DNA of 60,738 nucleotides, filler included, from Platydemus manokwari (Eukaryota): NCBI GenBank assembly GCA_037951405.1. It is 6 parts of 6 records of this genome, joined end to end, with 100 filler letters (N's around TTAATTAATTAA, not from the genome) between each part and the next. Parts side by side here need not be neighbours in the genome. Positions count along the whole stretch, not along the records: positions 9,132 to 18,409 come from JBBMOY011272540.1; positions 18,510 to 29,012 come from JBBMOY011128885.1; 4 more parts are not named here. One strand, 5' to 3'. Shown piece by piece: positions 13,310 to 25,053 of this stretch (position 1 is its first letter; each line of letters starts with the position of its first letter). The notes under the pieces were generated by a model. It saw only the letters and a program-made list of their open reading frames with translations, ran no database searches and was not told where the DNA came from. The position numbers and the translations under genes were made by a program.

Positions 13310-14285
13310 TCTGAAATTATAAAAAGTAACTCTTAAAATGCAAAAAAATTAATTTAAATTTGTTGAAGAAAATGGAAATAAATTACTTAAATAATCATTA
13401 AATTCTGAATAATGTATGATATGTTATGATGATACATTCATGTTTATTTTTTGTAAACATTATGTGTGTCTGAAGAATGTAATAAGAAATATAAAAGTGA
13501 TAAATGTCCATATTGTAGACAAAATTTACATGAGATAATCCTCATATTAGATTGTATAAATGAAAATCTTTCAAAATTCATTATCAGAGAATTTCAAGAT
13601 TAAGTGGGTTTGGAAGCTATTTCGCAATGTCAAGTATTATCAGAAACCTTTATTCGAGATTTACAAGATAAAGTAAACTGAAAAACCATTACATATAGTA
13701 AAAACTTAATTGATTAGCAATTTCAAAAATAAATTCGTTCAATTCATCCTATTGTTACCTTTGTGTAATTCGTACTTGAATTAATACTTTCTTGATTTAC
13801 ATTCAACCCATTCATATAATTTGTGTGATATTTAGATCTTTAATGTTTTACTTTACTAGAATAAGAAATTTCTTTATTACAAATCTGACTAAAATATCGC
13901 CTTCGGTTGTCAGCCTCGATGAGTTTAGTCATTTTAAAATTGTAAAAAGTAACTCTTAAAAACGTATTAAAATTAATTTAAATTTATTGAAGGAAAATGG
14001 AAATAGACTACTTAAACAATCATCCATTTCTGAAGAATGTTATGGGGATACATTCATGTTTATTTTTTGTAAACAATATGTGTGTGAAGAATGTAATAAG
14101 AAATATAAAAGTGATAAATATGAGAAAGTCCTCATATTAGACAGTATAAATCAAAAACTTTCAAAATTCATTATCAGAGAAATTTTAGATTGGGAAGCTA
14201 TTTCGAAATGTCAAGTATTATCAGAAACTTTTATTCTAGATTTCCAAGATAGAAATTGAAAAATCATTACATGTAGCGAACATCA
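13195..14285. repeat. Tandem direct duplication (~13195-13700 and ~13820-14285)
   Basis: Shared blocks such as ATCTGACTAAAATATCGCCTTCGGTTGTCAGCCTCGATGA and GATACATTCATGTTTATTTTTTGTAAACA. Confidence 0.9.
13372..13680 (+). pseudogene. RING finger (C3HC4) fragment followed by tryptophan-repeat fragments, copy 1
   Basis: CMICYDDTFMFIFCKHYVC-(frameshift)-EECNKKYKSDKCPYCRQ, then LSKFIIREFQD*V and ISQCQVLSETFIRDLQDKVN. Confidence 0.7.
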
Positions 14286-14470
14286 TTCCGAATTTTTTAT
14301 CCGAGAATACCAAGAAAAACTTATATGAGAAGCAATTTCAAAATTTCAAAAACTATCAGAATCTTTTATCCGCGATTTTCAAAATTAAGTAGATTGGAAA
14401 TGTGTTTCGAAATATTTATCATTATCTGAAAATAATATTGGAAAATTTCAAGATAAATCGGATTGACAAA
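13987..14470 (+). pseudogene. Decayed RING + ~23-aa tryptophan-repeat protein (entomopoxvirus/large-DNA-virus W-repeat type), copy 2
   Basis: Serial repeats LSKFIIREILDWEAISKCQV / LSETFILDFQD / FFIREYQEKL..AISKFQK / LSESFIRDFQN*VDWKCVSKYLS / LSENNIGKFQDKSD; consensus LSExFIREFQDKVDWxxISKxQ. Confidence 0.75.
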
Positions 14471-15122
14471 TAGGTTTCATGTTATTAATAAAGTCTTATA
14501 AATTTTTTAAATCTAAAAATGACTTTTGTTTGGAATAAAATTAAATAATATTTAATAAACATCCAAATATTCCATTTAAATTTTATTAAAATCAGGAGTT
14601 TTGGATTATGATAATTTAATATTTTTAAAAACTGTTTGTCAAGCAGAATATCATTTTATATCAAAAGTAAGTATTATAAAAATATTTGAAGGCCCGGATG
14701 GATTTGATAAAGATTTAGCCATCAGAGAAATTTGTGAACTCCTAACTGAAATGTAGGTTTGAGAAAAATTTAATTATAATTAGAATTTTGCAATCTATAT
14801 GTGACAAAGTTATGAATCCAATAAATTTAGTTAAAACTAAAAAAAATAATAATATTCGATGATTGTGTTACAGAAAATAACCAGTAAATAATGTTTAGTT
14901 ATTATATAAGGGTATGGCATAACAGTTGTTATTGTATTTACCTGTCGCAAAAGACAATAAGAAATAATTCAAATTTTATTATTTTATACGAATTAAATAA
15001 ATGAGAAAAATATTTAATGCATTGTCATGTATTTTCCAACTCTATAGAAACAGAAGCATTTAGTTTTCTTTTAAACAATGGAACGAGAAATATAAATATA
15101 TAGCTTTCGATAAAGACAAAAA

Positions 15123-15870
15123 AGTAATAATTAAAAGTGATAGTTAGATTTAAAAATGAGATTTGTTTTAATACTAAAAAACAAACGGTGCAATTTTTGA
15201 AATAGAATAAAATATTGATGCAAACGAGTTCTCTTTTTACTGGCGACCACACCGAAATTAACGCTCTGACTAGAGCCAAACGAGAAGAGAGGCAGAAAAC
15301 TTTTGTAAATCTGCCAAAAAAAACATAGGAGTTATTAATTCCAAAACCATCATTCTTCGATTCACCAATCCAAGACGCTGAGAAATGGTTCCAAACAACC
15401 AAAGATTTTGCGACTTTTAATCAAATGGAACTCTTATTTGTATTAGATATGCTTTTGAGAGATGACGTCAAACAGCTGTATCAAGAATTCAGCAGTTTCA
15501 AAGAGGCTGTTTCAAATGAAGAAATTAAGAAATGGTTTTTGGAAACATTTTCTCATGCCAAAACCGTATACGACAAGGTTCAAGATTTGGCAGCAATGCA
15601 ACAAAGGTCAGATGAAAAATATCTTTTTACTGTGATTATAAAAATTATAACTGAAAAATGTTGGAGAAGGTTTAGAGTTTACTAGGTACAGAAGAAAGAA
15701 AAAAGGCCTTTAACAAAACAATATTAAAATTATTGGAACATGTTAAAATAGAATACTCCATCAAATGTTAGTAACCTAGAAGTAATTGGTAAAGTAACAT
15801 TCGGAAGTCGAAGAATAGTAAAAACTGAGTTAACGATAAAACTAAGAAATTTAACATTTTCATAAAACAA
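15123..15870 (+). mobile_element. Second short-LTR Gypsy-type element, 5' part (LTR, PBS, gag, protease-like scrap)
   Basis: 15123-15241 runs AGTAA...TTACT (119 bp), followed by PBS TGGCGACCAC. Gag-like text reads PKPSFFDSPIQDAEKWFQTTKDFATFNQMELLFVLDMLL. Confidence 0.75.
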
Positions 15871-15879
15871 TTCTTACAG

Positions 15880-17960
15880 AGCTCTGATTTTTCCGAGCAT
15901 TCTTTTATATATTTCCTGTAATATCCACAAATTCCAAGAAAGCTTCGTAGGATTTTTATACATTTTAGAATTTCAAAATTTTCTATTGTTTCAATCTTAC
16001 TTAGGTCTGTCTTAATACCTTCTTCATTTATGATATGACCCAGAAACTTAATTTCTTTTCTCATTATTATACATTTTTCTGGATTAATGCGCAGTCCTGC
16101 GTTTCTTATTCTTTTTATTACTTCTTCCAGTATTTCATGGTGTTCTTTTATTGTATTTGAGAATATCAATATGTCGTCCAAATATACCATGACTCCTTTT
16201 TCTCTCATATCACATAATATTTTTGTCATCAATTCTTGAAATCCTTTCTATCTTTTTTCCATATACATACAAGTGGCGTATTCCACGGTAAATTGCATTT
16301 CCTTATAATGTTGTTTTCACTTAAATTCTTGATTTCCTGTTCTATCTTTCCTTCTAAATTTGCTGGTTGTCTCCGAAGTTTGATATTTACGGGACTCCCA
16401 TTTGTTACAATCTTATGTTTTACTAACTTTGTACAACCGATGTCCTAATGGTCAGCCATAAATGCGTTACTATTCGCTTTTAATATTTTCCATAAACGAG
16501 ATCCTTCTTTCACCGCAAGATATTCTTTTGTTCCCTTGAATCTATCTTCATCGGATATAATTCTACCAAATCTCACTGTTATCTCACAGATGGAGGTGTT
16601 TAATTCTTTTTCTTTGAATGACGATTCTCTTTCCATTGTAATTCTAATCCAAATTCTTTTTGAAACTCTATTCCGCCTATAATCTTCGGTTTCATGTGCT
16701 CAACTATTATGAATGATATCATCTTGGACTGACTTCCTAACTATAATTTTATTCTTACTCTACCAACAACCTCTAATATACTGTCGTTGGCACATCGTAA
16801 ACTTTCACTTATGTATTCGATTTCTACTTGTTCGAGTGTCTCTAATACCGTCTTATCTATGACGGCGCCAGTATCTAGCTTTCGAATTCTTTATTCTCTT
16901 TTTTAATAGTGATGCTTGATCTCCCTTGCATTTTATCATAAGAAATCTTGGGAAGCTTTAACTCCTTGATTGTTAATAATCTTACTTCTTTCTCATTTCT
17001 TTGTTCTTCTACCATCTTGTTAGTCATCTTCTTTTTAAAAATTTTACAACTTTCAATTGTACTCTCTTTTCTGATTATATGATCGATGTTACCCGTGAAA
17101 ATTTATTTTCCTACTTTCCAATTTTTTTGTACAGTCTCGCTTGTTTATTTTAGTTTTTATTTTGTTTATTTTATTTAAATTACTTATATTATAAATATCA
17201 ATATGACTACTTATACTCTCGTTATCTTGCTCAGACTTAGGCGTACTGTTTAGTGTATGGCACCGACACACTCTCCTGGAGTCGGCGCGTTCTCTTTTGG
17301 GTGTTCTTCGTTATATTCTTGTCCTATTATCTACTTTCCTTTCCGGAGCCCTGGGTTTTGGTTGCCTTCAGATTGTCGTGGTCCATTCTCCTGCGCCCAT
17401 CGTAGTTACTTTTCTTTCTTTATTTCTTACTTCATCTAGCTTTTTTACCTTTTTTTTATCCTGTTCCTCAATATCCCTCATTTTAATTTCTTTCTCAAGC
17501 TCCACATCATCTGCACAATGCACCAAGAGGAAAGTAGTTAGCTCATCTTTAGTTATATTGTGAGACAATATGTCTTCCACCGGTTTATCTACTTTTTTAA
17601 AATATAAGTCCTTTGGAGCGGCCTTCCTTCTGAATCAAAGGGCCTCAATCCAATCCTGAGCGAAGGATTTCTTTTAGCCAAACGCTCATTTTGGCGTCCG
17701 TCATCTTAAATTGCTCTACTAAGCCGTCGTCTAATCTTGCTAACCCTAATACGATAGCGTATTGGACATGCTTTGAGATTTTCCCAGCTTCGAAATGTCG
17801 ATTACACTTTTCAATAAAGTGTTCGACGTTATTCCCCAATTTGAATCTAGCTGGCAACAGCGAACCTAGGATCGTATCCACCTGCGTTGTCGACATGTTA
17901 GGTGATAACACTTCTTCGTTTTTTATACTATATTCAAAACTCATAATTCCCAATGGGTAA
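15880..17960 (-). mobile_element. Third Gypsy element, decayed gag-PR-RT, opposite orientation
   Basis: Gag-like ORFs at 17645-17953 and 17368-17580, protease LDTGAV (~16861-16878), and RT VMVYLDDILIFS...KFLGH...LRSFLGICGYYRKYI. Confidence 0.9.
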
Positions 17961-18409
17961 TATCATATTTCATATTACAGATTATCTAAAAAATATTCCT
18001 CTTTAATAATTAATATAAAATTTTTTTTAACACATTAATATTTTTAAAATAAATTATTTTTATATTGCTTTATATTTTTTTTAATGTTTTGATTAAAATG
18101 CAGTGAAAAGTGTTGTGTAGATAAACTATAAAATTTAATGCAAACTTATTGATGGATAAACTAATGTTTTATGAGATTGTGAATGTTTGGAGTGTTGAAG
18201 TATGCAGGTAGTGTCTATTTATCTCCGAGTTAAATAGGTAATGTAGTTGAATAATCTGTCATTTGCATTTATATATGACTTCTGGAGGTCATCTAAATAG
18301 TGAATGTTAAATGAGTAAAAAAGTTTATTGGTTCTATAACTTAAAAACCGGAATTTTTTTAGAACAATTGAGTGTTTATTAAAGAAAATCTTGTACAATT
18401 CTGTTATCC

Positions 18410-18509
18410 NNNNNNNNNNNNNNNNNNNNNNNNNNNNNNNNNNNNNNNNNNNNTTAATTAATTAANNNNNNNNNNNNNNNNNNNNNNNNNNNNNNNNNNN
18501 NNNNNNNNN
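18410..18509. other. Artificial contig spacer
   Basis: N44-TTAATTAATTAA-N44. Confidence 0.99.
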
Positions 18510-18586
18510 CCTATCATAGTTTTGGCCCTCCAAATTTTAAAAAATCAGCAATGTGGCCCTTTGCTGAAAAAGTTTGGAGACCCTTG
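18510..18586. mobile_element. Terminus of a hAT (Charlie/Buster-type) DNA transposon or MITE
   Basis: End sequence ...TGGCCC...AAAAAGTTTGGAGACCCTTG resembles the Charlie-type TIR (CAGGGGTxxCCAAACT), followed by an 8-mer with central TA (TCTTAAGA). Confidence 0.6.
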
Positions 18587-19222
18587 TCTTAAGATAAAAA
18601 TATTTTGTCATTATAAATAGTTTTATGTATTATTAGTGTGGGATTTATTTAAGAATATTATGAATAATTCAATTTTAGATTAAAAAAAAACTATAAATTT
18701 TAAATTAATTTTAAATAATTATATTAAAAATATTTGATATTGATATTTGCAAAATGGACTTGATTAAAACATTACTGTGAATCTCTCAATTTTTTTAAAA
18801 AAATAAAAATTAGTAAAAATAATTCTATTCAAAAAATAAAGATTTCAAAATAAAAATGTGAGAATTTTATTTTTTTAAAAAAAAGGTTGAAAACAATTTT
18901 AATATTAAAAATAAAATTTTTTAAACGGACGTATCATAAATACATATTATTTCTTCAGTGAATTCATGTCTTTTGATTTGAATATTTTAAAAAAATGAAG
19001 AAAGTTTTAGCAACTGATAATCAGTAAATAACGAAAAAAAGAATTTCCAAATTTAATAAAACACAGATTTAAATGAAATCGATAAAAAAAACTTTATGGC
19101 ACTTAAATTGATTTACAAAATAAATTCTGTCATTCATATAACAATTAAATTAGCTTCATTTGTTGATTTTTTTTGAAATTGTGATGATTTTTCTGCTATT
19201 ATTATTGCATTTTTCATTGTAG

Positions 19223-19898
19223 GGAGTTGGAACTGTAGTTTCTGGAACATGTTTAAAAGGTATTATTAGAGTCAATGATGTCTTGCTCTTAGGACCTGAT
19301 CCATTGGGCAACTTTTCACCGCATCCTATTAAGAGTATACACAGGAAACGAATGCCTGTCAGGGAAGTAAGAGGTAGTCAATCAGCATCTTTTTCACTTA
19401 AAAAAATTAAGCGAAACCAAATTCGAAAAGTAAAACATTCAAGAGTATTCGAATTTAATAAATAAATACTGTAGGGAATGATGATGTTATCTCCCTCATT
19501 AGATCCTAAATCGTCATGGGAATTTTCAGCAGATTTACTTATATTGCACCATCCTACTACGATCTCAATAAAATATCAAGCTATGGTTCATATTGGTCCT
19601 GTGAGACAAACGGCGACAATTATTGGAATGTCGCAGCCTCATTTAAGAACTGGAGATAAGGCAGAAGTTAGGTTTAGATTTATAAAAAATCCCGAGTACA
19701 TAAAGACCGGTGTGAGATTAGTGTTTCGCGAAGGGAAAACTAAGGCTGTAGGTATGTTTTCAAACTAATCATATAATGCTTGAATAATCGTTTGTGGTAT
19801 CCGAAGGTACGGTCACGCAAGTATATCATTATGCTACCGGGGTGGCACAAAATCTACGACATCGAAACATGAAAAAAGAGAATGCAAGTAAAGAATAA
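19223..19898 (+). CDS. GTPBP1: GTP-binding protein 1 (translation-factor-family GTPase), last three exons (19223-19429, 19475-19751, 19807-19898)
   Basis: [37 protein letters not shown]..|..[48 protein letters not shown] matches the GTPBP1 C-terminal domains; GT-AG introns of 45 and 55 nt. Confidence 0.93.
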
Positions 19899-20695
19899 GT
19901 TCGTAGGAAATTAAATTTCTGCTACAAGATATTTGTAATGTTTTATTTAAATACATTTATAAATATGTCTGGAAACGGGACATTTCTTTTGTAAATCGTA
20001 AATATTATTGTCCAAATCACTGTTTAATAAATATATTAAATTTTAGTATCAGAAATGATCACAGAAAAAATCACAAAAAAATATTCAAAATTAAATTTTC
20101 TGAAATATGCTTTGTTTTTATTGAAATTGATAAAAATATTTTTAATTTCGTCTGTTAAATATTCTAAAAAGTTTTGTCTTTTTATCAAATTTATTCGTTA
20201 ACAACTTATAGTTTTATCAATGTCTGATTTCAGTGTTTTTGGCTAATTGAGGAAGGAAACTAATGACATAGTTATTTATATTTTTGATAAGATTAAATCA
20301 CTTTAGTTAAACAAGGAATCTTCGTCAAATAAAAGCTTGTCTTTAAAATAATTAAGTTCTTTCGATAATAATAAAATAGAAAAATAAATGTTTAAATTCA
20401 GATAACAGATGGTCGTAAATAAATTATGAGGTTTGTTATCCGTATTTTAATTTATTTCACTATAATTTTTAAGAAATAAACTAATATACTCTAGTTATTG
20501 GCTATTTTATCATGGTGATTATATGTTCGATTTTATGAACGACTTTTATTCTGGTTAAATTATTAAATGCTAATTATTATTGATAATTAATTTAATTATT
20601 TACTTACTACACTCTTTTTAAGATTAAGATTAATTCAACAATAATATGAACTATTCGATAATTTAGTATGAGTAGTTAAAAGAGATGTTTGATGA

Positions 20696-21409
20696 TTATT
20701 TCACTAAAGATCTGGCTCCTAACAGATTATTAGGTTGCGTGTAATAAATATAATACAATGTATTACACTGGCGATAACCAAACTTCTGATAGCAATAAGA
20801 TATATTATAATAAAAATTAACAAACGTTTGGTGTATAAGTTTTACAGAGATAAGGCTGCGGTATCCTGAAGATGATAAAAATCGCCGACACTCTAATGTG
20901 AACATGGAAAAAATAAAGTCCCGTGATTTTAAAGCTCAACAGATTTGTATCGACTTTGTGGGATTAATTAGATTAATATTCACAACGAATCTCCTGTTCG
21001 AGATTGATGCAAAAATGTTGAAGATACGATTAAAAATAATGTTTACCATTTTGTATCTGATGATTGAAATTAAATTGAATGTAGGAAATTCTTTGCGAAT
21101 AATAATTCCGTAAAGATAAATTGTATGCTGCTTGCGAATGTAATTGTCTGCTGATTTGATTCTATTCAAATGTGAATTATGGTGCTTATAAGCACATACA
21201 CTAATTGGATATGAATAAAATAATTGTGCCAGAAATTTGTGATTAATTTTAAATGTTACTGAAGTGCGTACTACTTGTAAAGATGTAGTGATACAAGCAA
21301 TATAGATACGACAATTACGTATATCTGATCCCAATGATGTATTAATGAATGTAAAATCAGAATGTATAGAAATGTCATTGTTCTCAAATAAAACAAAATT
21401 TTTTGCCAA
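20696..21409 (-). pseudogene. Possible decayed multi-pass membrane protein (GPCR-like), unassigned
   Basis: Two in-frame hydrophobic ORFs (20936-21409, 20696-20905) separated by a single stop; no diagnostic motif. Confidence 0.25.
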
Positions 21410-23027
21410 AATGATAGTTAAATTAAATATAACTATATCAGAATTAAAATAAAATAAAATTCATAATATTACCTGTTGCTTTTGGGAACTTTCGATAAGA
21501 CAAATATATTTTATCGTCTTTCGACCCTGTACCGATAGGAAACATTAATAGTAATTTTATGATAATAAAGTCACTATCTCTGTCTCCCGATTACAACATT
21601 CTATTATTCAGATTTACTACGGGTTCCCAAGGGGCTTCAAAGCGGGTATTGAAGATCACGTTATTTGCAAGTAGGTAGGCTGAATCTAAAGGTGATGCAA
21701 GTTACTTTAAAAATATTAATATTGTGTAGTACTGAAAAGACTGGTGATTACTTTATTAGTGATTCTAGAATTATCATATCAACAATCAATAAGTGCTTTC
21801 TCTATATCTTTATTCAATTAGAACACTGAATATTGGTTTAAAAATTAATTTACGAAACAAAAATATCAGCAGTAGTCGAAAATACAACAAAAAGGTTTTA
21901 TGCAATATTCAGCGTGTCATTAAAGCGATTTGCTGAGAAATCCGTGGGCTCACGGAGAATAGTTCAAATATTAGAAGAGATTAGTTAATAATACTAGCAA
22001 TTAAAAATTAATCAAATTATGGAATAACTCTTACTCCGCTCAACTGGTAAAAATCCGACAAATTATCAAAACAAAATATACTTCCTCCGAATGAATTTAA
22101 CATGATCAACAGAATCTTTTCCTGTAAACACATATGTCCTCCTAGTGAATTTAATATGATTAACAACTATCGTATTGTAATAGTGACTTGAAGTTGTGTT
22201 CCGAAATTGTGTTTTTTGTGGTCAGATTTATGTATTTATAGTGATCAGCCATTGACCACATTGTTTTCTCTCAAATCATTTCAAATAATTTATTAAATAA
22301 GTTCATGTATTTTGCAATATGTCGCCCTATCTTTATGTGATTTTCAATCTGTGTTTCTTTATTCTTCGTTTTGATGTACCTTATTATTATTAATTACAAT
22401 TTTTTATATTATTATTAATTATAATTATTTAATCTTATTTATTTATTTTTATCACTCATTATTATTTTAATTATTTTTTATATTGCCGTATTAATACTTC
22501 AGACTCTTTACTCCTTACAACACAATAAAAAAAATCAATAAAAATAAATGTCGACAGAATAATCATTAAATACTATTCAATCATGAAATATCAAGGAAAC
22601 AACAAATTTTTCGTTAACACACAAAATTGTCGATTATTATTAAACAAAAATTTGTTTAATAGCACATAATATTGTTGATTATTGTTAGATTAATAACACA
22701 TTCAAATTCCTTGATCATCTTGTCTGCTCATCTTCCTCCAAATCCATAGTTAAGGATTATGGATTGCGTTTTCTATACATTACTGTATACTGTATTGCAC
22801 GGAATTATGTTGGGTAAGAGTATTTACAAAAATGTTGGTGCAATGCGTTTTATTGTTGGTGGGAGATCCCAACAACCCCTTAAGTCGGATTTCATTTGAA
22901 AGCCACAATTCATACGATTTATGTAACAATTATATTAAATAGATTGCTTTGCCATATTATTTCTTTATTGATTATTTAATATAGAATAAAAATAAACGAT
23001 TTTTCATTTCATTGTTTTGACAATAGA

Positions 23028-23572
23028 TTACATACCACTTAACCAATTCTGGATAGTAACCAACTTCCTAACGTAGATGATTGATACATAATTTATATAA
23101 AGAAACATAATAAAACCTCTAATTATAATCATTTGTTTATATTTTCCAAAAAAGTCCATAATTGATCTCTGCTTCTTCTGAAGTTTGGTAACAAATGCTT
23201 CAAACCTCTCTTTAAATTTACTCACTTCATCCACAAACGATTTCTGTCTTTTTGTAAGGGCAAATAACACTATTGTTTTAAATTAATGGTTAATTCCTAG
23301 TATTGTAGATATCGGTAATCCATCAATTTTGTCTTCCAATTCATTCATTTCAATTATTAAGAATGACTGTGAATGTGCTTAATATGCAGGGAAAAATCAA
23401 CACATAAGTATGCACACACCATTAACAATAGTTGGAAGATAATCCAAATTACGACTTAGTTATACGATGTAACTTCTAAAATTCATTCGATTTACAAAAT
23501 TAAAAATCCGGACTTTTGAAAGCACGAAGAGATATTTGATATATCCCGATCCGACTAAAGCGGACTCGACTA
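23028..23572 (-). mobile_element. pogo/Tigger-like DNA transposon remnant
   Basis: C-terminal KKQRSIMDFF (QxxIxxFF motif common at pogo transposase C-termini) and a TIR-like TA-TAGTCGAGTCCGCTTTAGTCGGA at ~23550-23574 on the minus strand. Confidence 0.5.
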
Positions 23573-25053
23573 TAAATTGTTACTAAGAGTACACATTACA
23601 ATTTCTAGACATTATCACATACAGGCAAACCTTTCATCAGCATATTTGATCGGAAAGACTGAGAAAAGGAAGAAAAGATTTGTGATCCTATGGAGATCCA
23701 TCGTTTTACATGAACAAGCGCCACACAATCATGCAGAATTTTACAGACATTCATTTTCTTTTTATCATTAAAACGGTAATTCACATCATCATCCATAACA
23801 ATTTTTAGGTACACATCTAATTCGTTTAAATAAAATTTAAATCAGATAATCACTCATAGGTGGCAACATACAACATGTATCCATTATGAAATCAGATTTG
23901 ACACATTGTGATCACAAATATATCTTCAATACCATAAACTGTGTTATTAAGAATAGATAAATATAAGGAATATTAAAAACATACAAGCTTAATATTACAG
24001 TAATATTTATTTGCTCATCGAGTTGACAATGAAAATTTACTTAAAGATCCCATTTCAGTGATAAATGATATTCAAAGTACCTCTTTTACGTCAATGAACT
24101 CTTAAAGAATTTAAGGCTACTAATTTCTCTTGAATATTTTACAGTGTATTTTAGACTTAACAAAATAAAGAAACCTAAACTAATAATAGAGTAAGTAATT
24201 AAAATTGTTCATGATCGTGCAATATTAATTAGTAAGTTGATAGGATTAATTTATTAAAAATTTTAATTTGATTTTAGATGTTTTTTAAAATATTACAAAT
24301 ATTTTACGAGAAATATAATTTATTAACGGAAGGCTATATTTGTCGATCAATAATCCGAGTTGGTCAATTGAATTTATCAAGATTCTGAGTCGACTCATTC
24401 TCTTCCCGGCTATATTGTCCGGATTCACAGAAGTATTTATTTAAATAAACGAATTTGCAAAATGAAAATTTTTTTAGGAAAAATTAAGAACTGAAAAACA
24501 TTTTAAAAGCTATTGGTTCTTATCGATATTTTAGCGGTAATCTTATTAACAGGTATACTTCAAAATTTAAATATTAACAGATCCACGATAACAAAAATCT
24601 TTTGTTCCATAATGACTGACAAATCAATGCTTAAGTTTTTTCTATTTAAAAAATTAAAATATTCTAGAACAAATTTGACGAATGATTCATGTATTTCAGT
24701 GAAGTGCAAAAATAATTTTTGTAGTATAATTAAAGCCACTTAAAACTTAATATTTAATTTTTGCAACTCATACAATTTAACATCATAGTAACTTAATTAG
24801 ATCAAATTGCCTAAATTTATTGATTTTAAATTAACTTTCAGAGAATTTATTTAAGTACTGGTAAAACCAATTTCAGAATTGATTGAATTATCGATTATTT
24901 TATTAATCTAGTTAATAATTCATTTTAATTTATAGATTATTTAAAATAAAATAGATTTGGTAATTCCATATATTTTGATGACATTAAAATTTACAGAAAA
25001 ACTGATTTTTATATATTTAAAACATCAACTTAATGCACTAAAAATTCGAAAAA

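Noticed and set aside
17087-17260. AT-rich insert in the minus-strand Gypsy gag, considered as another solo LTR
   Set aside because: Begins TGTTAC, but no matching terminus or TSD could be identified.
21941-21965. Hairpin TCCGTG-GGCT-CACGGA followed by ATAGT, considered as a Helitron 3' end
   Set aside because: Spacing is too short and the terminus is not CTRR; no other Helitron evidence.
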